A stretch of 64,000 nt of DNA from Octopus vulgaris (GCA_951406725.2 OX597832.1:25482001-25546000); one strand, 5' to 3'; positions 29,842 to 45,673 are shown, counted from the first letter of the stretch. Made by a program: numbers and translations. Notes: generated by a model not told the origin, from the sequence alone.

Positions 29842-30000
29842 AAGCGGCGAGCTATCAGAATTATTAGCGCGCCGGGCGAAATGTTTACGAGTATTTCATC
29901 AGACGTTACGTTCTTAGTTCAAATTCCGCCGAGGTAGACTTTGCCTTTCATCCTTTCGGAGGTACTCCAGCATGGCCGCAGTCAAGTGACTGGAAAAAAA
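29842..30000 (+). mobile_element. SINE group A head joined to a group B tail
   Basis: GCGGCGAGCTATCAGAA...CTTTGCCTTTCATCCTTTCGGAG, then GTACTCCAGCATGGCCGCAGTCAAGTGACTGG. Confidence 0.8.
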
Positions 30001-30023
30001 GATGAATATATATATATATGTAT

Positions 30024-30073
<50 letters not shown>

Positions 30074-30145
30074 GTTTTATCTCTAATATAATATAATATA
30101 TATATATATTTGTATAATATATGTATGTATGTATGTATGTATGTT

Positions 30146-30189
<44 letters not shown>

Positions 30190-31338
30190 ATGTATATTAG
30201 GATATTTAAGGCGAGCCCGAAGCCATAAATCCATTATCCAGCAGTGTTTCGTCGGAGAAGAAAGAAAGGTCGTGTGACTGATAGTACACACCAGATGTAC
30301 CAGTTGTTACACATCTGGAGGCCAGCGGATTTTGAAGAGATCAAAGAGCAATAGTGACGCCAAGAACAAGTTCAATAACGAAACGACACTCGTCATTGAT
30401 GCCGGTCGCAGCTCTGGAAACATCATCGGTGCACAACGCCTCGCTCTCAATCCCAGGACCCAATGAACGCGGAATCCTTAACTTGTCATAATCCTCATAT
30501 GTACTGCCACCGCTTGATGATGAGATTTAAACTGATTAAGAGATTTAAAATATAAAGGGAAATTGTCTGGAATAGTGGAAATAAAAATAGATGAGAAAGA
30601 ACTGCTAAAAAGAAGGCCAGACCCAGAGAGAATGCATAAAGAACAAACGAGAGAGCTCTTCCGTTCTCTGGAGGTAACTAAGTTCAGGAATACCACCGTT
30701 TATAGAAAACTTAAGATTTACAATGATGAAACTACGATGGATCTCTTGAATGGCATTTGGGAAGAGAATGGAACTGAGAAGAAAGTGGTTTAAGAGGAGA
30801 TGGAATTTCAAGAACACATGAATGGTAGACTGTTATTGAAAAACATCTCAGTACTCCACGGTCCCTCTAAAAGAAACAGCAACTTAGCTATCAATATAAA
30901 GCTGGGCATCTTTGTGACCGCTCCTGCGGTAGAGCTGTTTGGGGCCTGTTACAGACAAACCATTCTTTATATCATGGCATGGGTGCATAAACAAATTGTC
31001 AGATTTGTATGCTGCCCTGAACTGAATCAATTAGGGGGTTCGCTCTCACGTGCGTGACGGAGATTTCCCTATTTGCTTGTTTTTGCTAAGGTGACAGAAA
31101 TTATCTCCTGCTAACCATAAATAACAATTACAAGAGGCGCACTGAATAAACCAGCTGGAGGCGATGCCTTCCCGGGGTTAAATGGCAGTATATTCTTCCC
31201 TTAGAAGACAACCACATTAAAGTGGCAATAGGCAATAATTTTTGGTTCGTATACTGCTTTTATCTTGAACAAATACTTTCTAACGGATTAGCTTCCTTGT
31301 TGCAAAATCAGTTATTGTATGACACTGTATTTTCTATA

Positions 31339-31415
31339 CAGTAATCCCAGGACTATCCCGGGTGGCACGCTCCACCCCATCCCCCGTGATAGGTGAAAAT
31401 CCGCGAACTAGAAAC
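31339..31415 (+). mobile_element. pogo/Tigger-like DNA transposon terminus
   Basis: TA-CAGTAATCCC...GATAGGTGAAAATCCGCGAA resembles Tigger-type ends. Confidence 0.55.
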
Positions 31416-31417
31416 AG

Positions 31418-31826
31418 TACTCTTTTACTTTTTTACTCTTTTACTTGTTTCAGTCATTTGACTTTCACTATGCTGGAGCACCGACTTTTAGTCGAGCAAA
31501 TCGACCCCAGGACTTATTCTTTGTAAGCTTAGTACTATCAGTCTCTTTTGCCGAACCGCTACGGGGACGTAAACACACCAGCATCGGTTGTTAAGCGATG
31601 TTGGGGGTGTGTGTGCCAAACACAAGCACACAAACATACACACACGCGCATACATACATATATACATATATACGACGAACTTCTTTCAGTTTCCGTCTAC
31701 CAAATCCACTCACAAGGCTTTGGTCGGCCCAGGGCTATAGTAGAAGACACTTGCCCATGGTGCCACGCAGTGGGACTGAACCCGGAGCCATGTGGTTCGT
31801 AAGCATGCTACTTAGCACACAGTCAC
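31418..31826 (-). mobile_element. SINE group B, near full length with internal microsatellite
   Basis: Colinear with 56852-57299; (GAGTAAAA)n tail. Confidence 0.9.
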
Positions 31827-32625
<799 letters not shown>

Positions 32626-33267
32626 AATTTTCCCTGGCAATTGCCATGTTTATTTTCTCTTCTGCTCTCCTTGAAGTAGATTTCGTGTCGCGTTAATAGC
32701 GATGCTAGAGAGCAAGGCTGCATCAACACTTGTGTGGTGTGTTTCTTAAGAAGCTGAAACAACAACAACGACAACAACAAGAACAAGAACAAAACCACTC
32801 CTACCAAGAACAACAACAACAACAACAACAACAACAGCAACAACTATTAAAAAAAAAAAGGCTTCCCATTCAGCTATCGTGAAACAATTATGGTGAGGTA
32901 CTCTCTTCAAGCCCAGACCATTATGTTGAAAAGCAGAACCGTTTGAATGTACAATGTTCAATTACATATGGCACCAATGGAAATTGGTAGGAGCAATTCT
33001 TCGCGCAGTTCTTAACACTTTGATTCTTAAAACCTGATGAGGATCACACCAACCTGTTAACACAGCGCTCATTGCACAATCACTTATAGACACAGGCGCA
33101 TACATACACATATACATACATACACACACATACATACATGCGTGCACAAGAATGGTGATATACACTTGCATCTACGTACAATGAGATAGTTGTATATATA
33201 TATACATATATATATATGTGTATGTATGTATACATATATATACATATACTCATTTATATATGCATAC

Positions 33268-33300
<33 letters not shown>

Positions 33301-33495
33301 CATATGTAATACATACACACACACACACATATATGAATGTATGTTTGTGCCTATAGTCACACATACATATATTGATATATATTTAATTGCATAGACATGT
33401 GTGCGATAATTCACACGCGCACACACACATTCAAATAATATATATATATATATATATATTCATTTGTACATATGTATGTATACATTTGTATATCA

Positions 33496-33564
<69 letters not shown>

Positions 33565-34324
33565 TGATATACACTTGCATCTACGTACAATGAGATAATT
33601 GTATATATATACATATATATATATATGTGTGTATGTATGTATACATATAGTGTGTGTGTGTGTGTATGTGAGTGTGTAATGATATGTATACATACACGTG
33701 AGTATACATATATTTATAAGTATATATGTATAAATCCACATTTTTAGTTATATGTAACAGAATTGTGTGTGTATGTGTATGTGTGTGTAACTATCTAGCT
33801 TTCGGTATTTCTCTATTTTGTCTTTCTCTCTCTCTTTCGTTCTCAGTACACATACAAACACACACACACACACTCACTCATAAGCAAAGTTATTAGAACT
33901 TTGGTTAAAATACTTGTAGCATTGTTTCCGGATCTCTACGTTCTGTGTTCGTATCCGGTTGAGAGCAGCTTTGCTCTTCCTTATTTCTAGAACCGAAGTT
34001 CAATCACACCAGTTCAACACGAAGGAAGGCATGATAAAATTCTTAACGCCGAATGGCCTGTGCAGTGCCTGTGCATGTTCTTCGACTTCTGGTTTCAAAT
34101 TCCAAATCCCACCATCGACGTTTTAAACCTTGAATATGGTCAGGAGAAATTATCAACCCACGTGATCCAAATGAATCAGGAAAGGCGCAATGGCTGAAAG
34201 AGGATTATACATAATATACATACATATACATATATATATGTGTGTGTATGTGTATATATATACATATATATGTGTGTGTGTGTGCGTGTATATATATATA
34301 TATGTATGTGTGTGTATATGTTTG

Positions 34325-34540
34325 TGTGTCTGTGTTTCTCCCCCACCCCCAACATCACTTGTAAACCGGTGGTGGTGTATTTACGTCACCGTAAACTAGC
34401 GGTTCGGCAAAAGATACCGATAGAATAAGTACTAGGCTTCCAAACAATAAATCCTGGCGTCGACTTGCTCGACTAAAGGCGGTGCTCCAGCATGGCCGCA
34501 GTTAAATGACTGAAACAAGTAAAAGAGTATAGAGTAAAAG
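34325..34540 (+). mobile_element. SINE group B 3' half
   Basis: GCGGTTCGGCAAAAGA.ACCGATAGAATAAGTACT...GGCGGTGCTCCAGCATGGCCGCAG...GAAACAAGTAAAAGAG. Confidence 0.88.
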
Positions 34541-34576
34541 ATATACATACATATATAAATATATATATATATATAT

Positions 34577-34818
34577 GGTTTTGTTACGCGGTGTCGAGTT
34601 TTACAATTCTGTAAATACTAATAATGGTATTATTTTTTTTATAAGCTTAAAGCTTATATCAATCACCGGGCAAATGGCTAAAGAAAATAAGTGGGCTTGT
34701 ATGCCCCATTATTAGGCGATTTCCTTTTGTCATTTGCACGGTGATCGCTATAAGCTTATAAAAAATATCATTATCAGTATTTACAGAATTGTAAAACACG
34801 ACACCGCTTATCAAAACC
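34577..34818. mobile_element. Fold-back element/MITE with ~110-bp imperfect inverted arms, inserted in (TA)n
   Basis: GGTTTTGTTACGCGGTGTCGAGTTTTACAATTCTGTAAATACT ... AGTATTTACAGAATTGTAAAACACGACACCGCTTATCAAAACC. Confidence 0.85.
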
Positions 34819-34838
34819 ATATATATATATACATATAC

Positions 34839-34869
<31 letters not shown>

Positions 34870-34902
34870 TATACACATATATATATATAAATATATTCAT
34901 AC

Positions 34903-34935
<33 letters not shown>

Positions 34936-34991
34936 TACACACACATAAATATATATATATATACACATAAATACACACACATAAATATATA

Positions 34992-35049
<58 letters not shown>

Positions 35050-35075
35050 AATACATATACATATATAAATATATT

Positions 35076-35121
<46 letters not shown>

Positions 35122-35436
35122 TAAATATATATGTATGTATATTAGTCTGTGAATAAATGTGTGTGTTCGCATGGTTGTATTTGTATACGAGGGTGATTAC
35201 ACAGACGAAGTATATGGCAATAGAAATACGACGTATGGTATAATATAGCACTGTTTTCGGAAACCTGTGTATGTTTATATGTGTAGAGATGTTTCTGATC
35301 GGGTGTTTGTGGGGATGTGTAAAAGTATATATATATATAATGGATAGACAGATAAACAGACAGATAGATAGACAGATAGATACATACATACATACATACA
35401 TACATACATACATACACACATACATACATACATACA

Positions 35437-35470
<34 letters not shown>

Positions 35471-35670
35471 CATACATACATACATGCATGCATACATACA
35501 TACATAGACAGAGTATATATACTCGCAAATGCATATATATATATATATATACGTAGTACAATTATATTCACAAACAGGAATATTTATGTCCACATGTCCT
35601 AAATTAATATATATATATATGTATGAGTGTGTATGCATTATACATGTGTGTGTGTATCTATCTATATGCA

Positions 35671-35718
<48 letters not shown>

Positions 35719-35744
35719 TATACATACAAATATCTATCTATTTA

Positions 35745-35778
<34 letters not shown>

Positions 35779-35876
35779 CATTTATATATACATGCACATA
35801 TACATAGATATACATGTGTGTATATGTCTCAAGCTATCTATCTATCTAACTCTGTATATAAATATATTATATATGC

Positions 35877-36030
<154 letters not shown>

Positions 36031-37969
36031 GTACATATATATGTATGTGTGTGTGTTAACGGGAAAACCAACCACATCACCCTATAGGTACTTATGGGAT
36101 ATAGACACAAGTTTATTGCGATTCGACGACAACGTTTAAGAACAAAGGTTGGCCACTTGAAGAGGAACGTGTGTATCCTTGCAAGTGTTCTTCTCAATCT
36201 CACGTTCGTGTATATCTGTCTGTGTATGTGTGTGTGTGTGTATGAGTGTCTGTATTTGTACATGATAAGCTCTTCTCCATAAAGCAACAACAACAGTAAC
36301 AACTGCAACGACAAGAACAAGAGGAAGAATATCGTTATTAACTATCCCACCTTTTCTGTCATCACCATTAACATTGTCTTCACCGTCGCCGTCGCCGCCA
36401 TCTTGAAGACCACAGCCACCTCTCCACCACTGCGGCTGCTGATAGCGACCACCACCAACGAATATAACGACTACAATAACGACAACGGCCACAACAACAA
36501 CAACAACAACAATCATGATCATGATCATCATCGTCATAATCCTAATCCATCTTCGACTCGCCCCGCCTCGCCCAGTAACCTCTCCACCACCTTCGCCTAC
36601 ATCGCTACAACCAGAACTACTGCTGACACCACAATTGCCATCATCATCATCCTCCTCCTCATCATCATCATCAACAGGAACATCATCATCGTCGTCGCCA
36701 TTATCACATCATTATCATCATCATTTTCCTCCTTCCTCCTCCTCCTCCTCCTTATCATCATCATCATCATCATCGCCATCATCGTTGTCGTCATCATTTA
36801 CGTCGTCATCATCGTTATCATCGCCATTATCGTCATCGACGTTGTCATCATCATCATCATCATCATCATCAGCATCATCACACCAGCATCATCACACAAG
36901 CATCATCGACACCATTATCATGTTCACAATAACTCAAGAGCTAAACCTTACAACAGCAACAACAACAGCAACGACAAAACAACACATCGCAGCCAGAGAC
37001 CATTCCACAGAAATTAACACCAGTATCCCAGCCACGATCCTGAACCGCCACCACCGCCACAAAAACCACCACCGCCACAAAATCCACCACCACCGCCGCC
37101 GCCACCACCACCACTACAAAAACAACAACAAAACGCAACTATTACAACGCATACATATATTACCTGCACCACTCTATGGGCTTATAAAACACTAACAACA
37201 GCACCGCCATTATTTCCCCCCGATGCGGTGTACAATAACTTCTATTAAGAACTGTAACAGCTACAAAAATAACTACAAAAGCAAAACAAAAAAAAAGACA
37301 AACACTACAACAACAATAATTACAACAACATAAGCAACAATAGCAAAATCAAGAGACAACAGTAAGAAAAGAAACTCGAAAAGAAGCGGGTCACTTGAAA
37401 AACGCGTCGAAGGCAAGTGGCGGCCATTTTGTTCAGATGTGGATACGTTCAACTCTTGGCTCACACCTTCACCTTCTTTCTCTTTTCCTTCTCTCTCTCT
37501 CTTTCTCGTTCTTTATTTCTATCTCTATCTCTCCTTCACAAAGTCCTTGTTTCCTTCTATGGCTGACTGACATCTGACAGAGTCTCACGCAACAGTCACA
37601 TGACAAACGAACGCACTGGTGTGTGAAAATAATATGTTTACTAATCATTAATAGAAAACCAAGAGTAGCTATTCCTTGAGTTCAATAAGTGGTAATGTAC
37701 AGTCTCTCTTGAGATGCTGGTCAGTCTGTCTGTCTGTCTATCTGCCACTTTGCTTTTCTTTCTATCTATCTATCTATCTATCTAGTTTATTGTATCTGAC
37801 TAGGATATATAGCCAACAATTTATGTATCTGTCATTCCAACAATAAATCTAAATAACTTTCTATTTAACTACCTGTCTCACCGTCTATCTGCCTATCTCT
37901 CTCTCTATCTAATAATTAATCTGTCTCTCCATCTACCATATTAATTATACATCATTTTCTATCTGTCTG

Positions 37970-38070
<101 letters not shown>

Positions 38071-38245
38071 TTATCTATCTATCTATCTCTCCATCTACCA
38101 TATTAATTATACATCATTTTCTATCTATCTATCTATATATCTATCTATCTATCTATCTTTTTATTCTTTTTATTTTTTATTTTATTTTTTTCTTGTTCTT
38201 TTCTTCCCTTTTACGATCCCTCTTGATCGAAAACCTCTCTATCTG

Positions 38246-38318
<73 letters not shown>

Positions 38319-38344
38319 ATATCTATCTATCTAATCTATATATC

Positions 38345-38379
<35 letters not shown>

Positions 38380-38761
38380 CTATCTATCCATCTATCTGAA
38401 TACCTATGTATCATGTCTAACTATCAATATAAGTAACAACCCGTGTACCTGGCTATCTACCTGTCTATCAGCCCGTCTGTCTGTCTAACGATCTATCGAC
38501 ATAACTTCCCACGTACCTTCCTCAAAATTTCTTTCATACCAACCATCATTGAATTGTTAATCATCCATTTCCCCCTCGCTCTCTCTCTCTCTTACACACA
38601 CACATACACACATACATACATACATACATACATACATACATACATACATACATACATACATACATACATACATACATACATACATACATACATTCATACG
38701 TACATACGTACATATGTACGTGTTGCTTGCATATATATAGATAGATAGACAAGTATGTATG

Positions 38762-38804
<43 letters not shown>

Positions 38805-39667
38805 GCATGTCTGTGTGTATTGAGTGTGTAAGTACATATATGGGTGCGTATGTGTATGAGAGTGAGGAGGAAAGAGTGTACATGTATGAACGTATGCATG
38901 AATGTATGTGTGCTTGAATGGAAAACTGTGTATGTATACATACACATAGGTATTTATATGTAGGAAGATAAGTAGATATATAACTTATACATATGTATGT
39001 CTGTGTATGTGTGTGTATATGTATATGTGTGCGTATTTATATATATACATGCATTTATATATATACATGTATTTATATATATACATATATATACATTATA
39101 TATATACACACACACATATATACATATATGTACATACACATACATACACACACACTATATATATATATATATATATATACATTTATACATATATGTATGT
39201 ATGTGTATGCGTGTATATGTATATAAATATGTTAGGGGTTTATATATTTACATATATCTGTATATGTATATATGCATACATATATATATATATAGACAGA
39301 TGTATGCATATATGTAAGTATGCAAAAACGTGCTTGCTTACATTCCTCTACTTGACACATTGTATTCCCGTAGCTGTGTCCATACCTGCTTCAAAAGAGG
39401 CATGACTGATATTGTTCTCTCCATAACAAAAGGATATCTCGGTTCACTTCGTCTTTGTTCGATGCTCACTCTTCACCATACGAGTGTATACATACATATA
39501 TGTACATCCAAGGGTGTATATGCATTTTTATATTTGTATGGCTATATGAATATATGTTAATCTGTGTATGTGTATACGTATATATATAGTTATATGTATA
39601 CACACACACACGCACACACAGGCACACAAACACACACACATACACACACACGCACATATATATATAT

Positions 39668-39879
39668 GTGGAGGCGCAATGGCCCAGTGGTTAGGGCAGC
39701 GAACTTGCGGTCGTAGGATCGTGGTTTCGATTCCCAGACCGGGCGTTGTGAGTGTTTATTGAGCGTAAACACCTAAAGGTCCACGAGGCTCCGGCAGGGG
39801 TTGGTGGTGATCCCTGATGTACTCTTTCGCCGCAAATTTCTCTCATTCTTTCTTCTGATAGCCTGGTCGGTCACGTGAT

Positions 39880-39886
<7 letters not shown>
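39668..39886 (+). mobile_element. SINE group C, tail variant 3 (internally deleted)
   Basis: tRNA head GTGGAGGCGCAATGGCCCAGTGG...GGTTTCGATTCCC; ends CTGGTCGGTCACGTGATCACGTGA. Confidence 0.85.
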
Positions 39887-39918
<32 letters not shown>

Positions 39919-39920
<2 letters not shown>

Positions 39921-40045
39921 GGGTGTCCACAAAGTCTGGGTACATGGAGTAAATAAAATCATAACATAAATAATTAAATATAAGAAATAATAATTTCTTA
40001 AAGTATGTGTTAATCCCCATGTACACAGACTCTGTGGACACCCTG
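39919..40045. mobile_element. Tc1/mariner-type MITE (127 bp)
   Basis: TIRs CAGGGTGTCCACAAAGTCTGGGTACATGG / CCATGTACACAGACTCTGTGGACACCCTG followed by TA. Confidence 0.9.
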
Positions 40046-40299
40046 TATATATATATATATATATATATATAATGTGTTTGCGCGCGTGTGTGTGTGTGTG
40101 TGTGTACTGAGTAATATTTATATATATTGTGACAAGTATTTGCTCATCGGAAAGTGTACAATGTGTGTCAAGAACGTATGCATACGCGGTGGTTTACATA
40201 AAGGCATGCATGTATATATACAAACATGAACGTAAATGCACAATGGATATATGTGTGTTAGTGTGAGTATGTGTGTGTAAGTGTGTATGTGTGTGCATT

Positions 40300-40336
<37 letters not shown>

Positions 40337-40373
40337 ATAATCAAAATAAGCAACAAGAATAACTTCGGTTATT

Positions 40374-40457
40374 TGGTACGATCGTTTCACGCTACATCAT
40401 TTTATTAAATGTTGTAAGTATTACAGCAGTTTTAAAACGTTGAGCAATCATCAGCCA
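40374..40457 (-). ncRNA. Type I hammerhead ribozyme motif with long stem II (Penelope pLTR)
   Basis: Minus strand TGG-CTGATGA-[T TGCTCAACGTTTTA...TAAAATGATGTAGCG T]-GAAAC-GATC-GTA-CCA; palindromic stem III; lies downstream of the GIY-YIG remnant on the same strand. Confidence 0.7.
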
Positions 40458-41559
40458 TTAATAGAGGTTTTCCATTAATACATAATTTTCATATCAATTG
40501 ATAACATTAAAGAGAAGGTACATATATAGACAAAGATGTCGATTTAAATTTTAAGAACATTAAGGTAGTAGAGTTTATCAACTGACTGAAGAATATTCAG
40601 AATATTCAGTTGTTTTGAACTGCTAGAAGGTTTGGGAAGAATGATCAATTGAAAGGAGACAAGAAAGATTTTCTATTTATAGAAATAGGGGTGAAATAGA
40701 TGTCAAAGTTCTATATAAAGAAATTAAGGTAGCGAGAGGGTTGTAATGCTACAGAAGCTGTTTATTACTATTTGGCAAACATATTTTGTATTAGGAAAAC
40801 TAGGTCAATGTCAAGTGGTCACAGTGACCACTTATAGAGAATACATAGATTCTTTTATACTTATATACATCAACTTTATACTTAGCTGATAGATTTTGAA
40901 TATTTTGATGCGTTGGATTAAAGGAGAAATTATAAATCTAATATTTATTCATTTTGGAGAAAAATCTATCACTTATTATGAGTAGGCATAATACTCAATA
41001 ACTGAGGACAAAAGTCTTATTAATCAAGTGAATATATTAGGGGTCAAATATATATAATAGGAAAACTGGAAGAGGAGTAATCAAGAAGGAAGGTTTTCAT
41101 AGGTTTAGAAGAAGGGGATTTATTTTTATGAAGAGAAGTAATCAAGAAGAGTAAACTTCTCAGATTTAGTAGATAGTGAATTGTTATTAATGAATTAAAT
41201 TAAAGAATCTGTTAGGCATAATATTTACTACCCGCAGAGAAAAGCTAATTAGTTAGGTAAAAATATCCTAGGTTAATGATACATTAAGAAATGGAAGTGA
41301 GGTAATTAAGGTGAACTGAGTAGTTTCTTTAAGGACATAGACTTTATACTATTTAGTGTATGAGATTATCAAAAAAAGAAAAAAAGAAAGAAAAAAGGGA
41401 GAATCTAATTCCAAGTTTGCAATAAAGTTTTTTGGTAATCTATGTATGTTGAATTAAAAACCAGTATGGTATATGCATTCTTATTTGGTTATAAAGAATT
41501 AGAATTTGAAAAATTTAGGAATAGTCACAATATTATTATTTAATATATTTAAACGTACG

Positions 41560-41920
41560 GGTTGTGTGATGTATGCAAGATGCTCCTAGCTCCGAACGGT
41601 TATTTAACAGATTTGTATTACTCCTATGTTTTAAAATTTCATGTTTCCATAGAACAAAATTCACAACCATCTCTACTATTTTTATAAGGCCGTGCTTTTC
41701 TTACTATATCCCATTTCAGGTTGAATTCTATATTATTCGTTTTCAGTTCCCAAATTTTACTAGACAATGTTGTGCAACCTGCTTTGTGTTTGAGCCTAAA
41801 GGAGGAAAAATGATTGTTTAAACGTTTTTTTTAATCTACCAAACAACCGAAATAAAGATAGTTGTTATTTGAAGTCTCTATTGTACATTTATAAATCACA
41901 TTTTGGACCAAACAGCGGCC
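41560..41920 (-). pseudogene. Penelope-like element GIY-YIG endonuclease remnant
   Basis: Minus strand GRCLVQNVIYKCTIE...YLYFG...KKRLNNHFSSF...TTLSSKIWELK...LKWDIVRKARPY...CEFCSME...LLNNRSELGASCIH, with stops. Confidence 0.88.
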
Positions 41921-41969
41921 AGATACCGGACGTTTCGATCTAATCCTACAATTACAATTGGGGGATAAT

Positions 41970-42247
41970 TCCTGGTACTAGTATTATTTATGGACAATTC
42001 GTTTTCTTTTCTGTTATTTGAGTTGTAATTAGTATTAGTGTTATTTTCTCTAATAGTAGTTACATTGTTATGTAAACTGGGGTTACTAGTTATTAAGTGA
42101 GAATGGATAGAGAGAATGGATTAATAACTAGTAACCCCAATTTACATAACAATATAACCACTGTTAGAGGAAATAACACTAATACTAATAACAACTCAAA
42201 TAACAGAAATGAAAACAAATTGTCCATAAATAATACTAGTACCAGGA
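41970..42247. repeat. Long AT-rich palindrome (~127-bp arms, 24-bp spacer)
   Basis: TCCTGGTACTAGTATTATTTATGGACAA...GGGGTTACTAGTTATTAA / TTAATAACTAGTAACCCC...TTGTCCATAAATAATACTAGTACCAGGA, with scattered mismatches. Confidence 0.92.
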
Positions 42248-42726
42248 GGGTTCTTGGCATCTAAGGTTGCTTGTTGTAACCCCATGTTAGCATTTTTACT
42301 TTTCCAACAATCTAATCTGTTGCGAGGATATGAATAATGATAATATAGAAATGCGTGTGTGTGTGAGTGTGTGAGTGTGGGCATATGTACATACATACAT
42401 ATTTAGGCACATGTACACGCACACACAAGGTACAACCACTTCCGCCTCCCTTGCTGTCTCTTCCCCTTGTCTTTCCGTCTTTCTCTCTCCTGTTACTTCC
42501 TCTCCCTTCTCTTCGCCATCTTAGTTTTCCGCCATGTTGAACTTATTCTCCTTTTCTTCAGACTTCATCTCTTCCTCTTCACGTTTTGTCTCCCTAAAGT
42601 TGATGTTCTTCTTACACTTGTTGTTGTTGCTCTTGTTATTGTGATGAGTGCATGTTGTACCTGTTGTTCGCTGTTGTTGATGTCGTTCTTGCATCTGCTA
42701 TTGCCCTTGTTGTTGTTATCGCTTCT

Positions 42727-42785
<59 letters not shown>

Positions 42786-43218
42786 GGTGGTGGTATGGTG
42801 GTGATATGGAGGTGGTGGTGTTGGTTGTAGATATAGTGGTGGTTGTAGTAGCAGTTGTAGTAGTAGTAGTGGTGGTGGTGGTAGTGGTGGTGGTAGTGGT
42901 GGTGGTAGTAGTAGTAGTTGTAATAGAGGTGCTAGTAGTAGTAATAACAGTGATGTTGGTGGTGGTGGTGGTAGTAGTAGTAGTAGTAGTGATGGTGGTG
43001 GTTGTGGTAGCAGTGGTGGTGGTGGTGGTTGTAGTAGTAGTAGTAGTTGTAGTAGCAGCAGTGGTGGTGGTGGTGGTGGTGGTGGTGGTGGTAGTAGTAG
43101 TAGATAAAGGTGTGGTTGTTGTGATTGTATTGTGGTGGTGTTGGATGTCATTCTGTTAATGGTGACACTGACAGTGGTGGTGGTTGTAATGGTGGTTGAT
43201 TGAAGTGAAATGTGGCGT

Positions 43219-43252
<34 letters not shown>

Positions 43253-43606
43253 GGTGGTGGTGGTGGTGGTGGTGGCAGCAGAGGCAGTTAATTAGTTGAC
43301 AGTAGGGTTTTCCAGGGGGGTGACATTGATGGAAGGATGATAGTGGTGATGGTGGAGGTGGTTGTGGTGGTGGTGGTGGTGTTGATAGTGAGGTTCCGTT
43401 ACTCCCACCTTCTCACCACCACCGCCACCACCACCACCACCACCACCACCACTACACAACTTGTTGATGTTTTATCGCTCCAATGTTCGGCCAAAGTCGG
43501 TTTTGTTCGGCCTCTATTGAGCTGTTGTTTTAATCGATTGTCATCTCGTTACTGTCACATCGGCTTTTGATCGAACTCTTCCCAGGCACTGGGTGACTGT
43601 TGATAA

Positions 43607-43655
<49 letters not shown>

Positions 43656-43707
43656 ACACACACACGCATACACACACATATAAACACCCTACCCAACACA
43701 TACATGC

Positions 43708-43739
<32 letters not shown>

Positions 43740-43890
43740 GCACACACATATACACACACATACAAATATACATACACACGAACACATAGCCACACACACG
43801 TACACATGCACACACACATATAAACATGCATAAACACACATACAAACACATACTCATATATATATGTATATGAGTGTGTGTATATATATA

Positions 43891-43932
<42 letters not shown>

Positions 43933-44879
43933 TATGTACACACGCATGCAAGTACGCATACGGATCTCCATATAACTTCATGTATGCATGCATCCGCACA
44001 CATACACACTCGCGCGCGCACACGTGTACACAACACGCAAATAAACGCTTAAATGCACATACACATACATATATATGCATCCATGCATACATACACACCT
44101 GCATTCACACACCTGCATATATACACACATACACGTTTATATGTGCGCAACTAAATATACATACTCTCTCTCTCTCTCTCACACGCATACACACACGCAC
44201 ACACACATACACACATACAAGAAAATTACTAAGCAAAGCAAATACTGACAAGCAAACAGCAACAGTGACAGCAATGATGACATCAAGAACATCAACAATG
44301 GAGAAGGGGAAGAGGTGGAGATGGATGTGGGTGGAGGAATTGGAGGTGGCGAAGGAGGGGGAGGTCGGAGGAGGAGAAAAAAATGAAGGCGAAACGAGGG
44401 AGAATTAAACAGCCAAAGAAAGAAAGCAAGCAAGAAAGAAAGAAAGAAATGAAGACAACAGCAATGACATCACAAACACCCCTGACCATAACAACAACAA
44501 CAGCAAAAATAGTGGCCACTAGCAAAAAGGAGTAGGAGTGGCGACACCTACAGTAGCAGTGTTCCATCACGATTTACCTGATGACGAAGGTGTATCAGAT
44601 GGAAGCAGCAGATTCTCCCACCGTGGGGCGGGGGTAAAATCAAACGTGTTGATTGTGTTCTTTTGTTGTTTTCTTACAGCAAGCTGTTTGTTGTTTTTAT
44701 TATTTGTCGGTTGTGAAAGGATGGACGTAGCACATGGTCTTTGCAAAACCCTTTCAAAACTGGTGAGATCGGTGCCATTCGTGTTCCTATTTAATGATTT
44801 GCAAATCACAAGCAGGAAAGATATGAAGAGGGAAATCATACCAGAGGGGCGGAGGTTCTAGGAAGGAAAAACTGAGCGA

Positions 44880-45170
44880 AAGAATTAGCGCATAGAGCAG
44901 CGGCGTTGGAAACACCAGGGTAATAAGAGGAGAAATGAGTGGAACAGGAATGCTTGAGTGGTGCTTACATGATGCCGATGTGCTCCAAGAAGCAGAGACC
45001 ATTAGAATGCCGTTTGTGGAGGATTGGTTAGATTTCGCAAAAAGCATGAATGCATTGGAATCTGTGCATTAAAGGTTGCAGGGGATTGTAGTGATGGAAC
45101 GGGTAGCAATATGGCACAATTTAGGGTAATACAGCCGATATTCGAACATTTTATGTAGCCTCCACCCCAC
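44880..45170 (-). mobile_element. Highly decayed L2/CR1-group LINE 3' region
   Basis: Minus strand fragments WGG...LQPLMHR...NGLC resemble the ORF2 C-terminus of L2/CR1-group LINEs; many frameshifts. Confidence 0.4.
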
Positions 45171-45629
45171 GATCAGTTTTGTCGGTTTTCGAACGATGAA
45201 TGCATAAATACATGCATACATAAACACATACATACACACATACACATACATACACACATACACATACAAACACACATACATACACATACATACACACATA
45301 CACATACATACACACATATACATACAAACACACATACATACACACATACATACATACATACACACATACATACATAAATACATACATATATACACACATA
45401 CATACACACATACATACATACACACACATGCATATATACATACATACACACATACATTCATAAATATATACATATATACATACACATACATACATACATA
45501 CACACATACATACATACACACATACACACATACATACATATATACACACATACATACATACACATATATGTGTGTGTGTAGAGAGAGAGAGAGAGAAACT
45601 GACAGAGTGAGACAGAGAGACAGAGACAG

Positions 45630-45673
<44 letters not shown>

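Noticed and set aside
33030-33060. CTGATGAG heptamer; nearby weak integrase-like peptide (IVHSNGSAF)
   Set aside because: No GAAA or stems follow, and the peptide similarity is too short.
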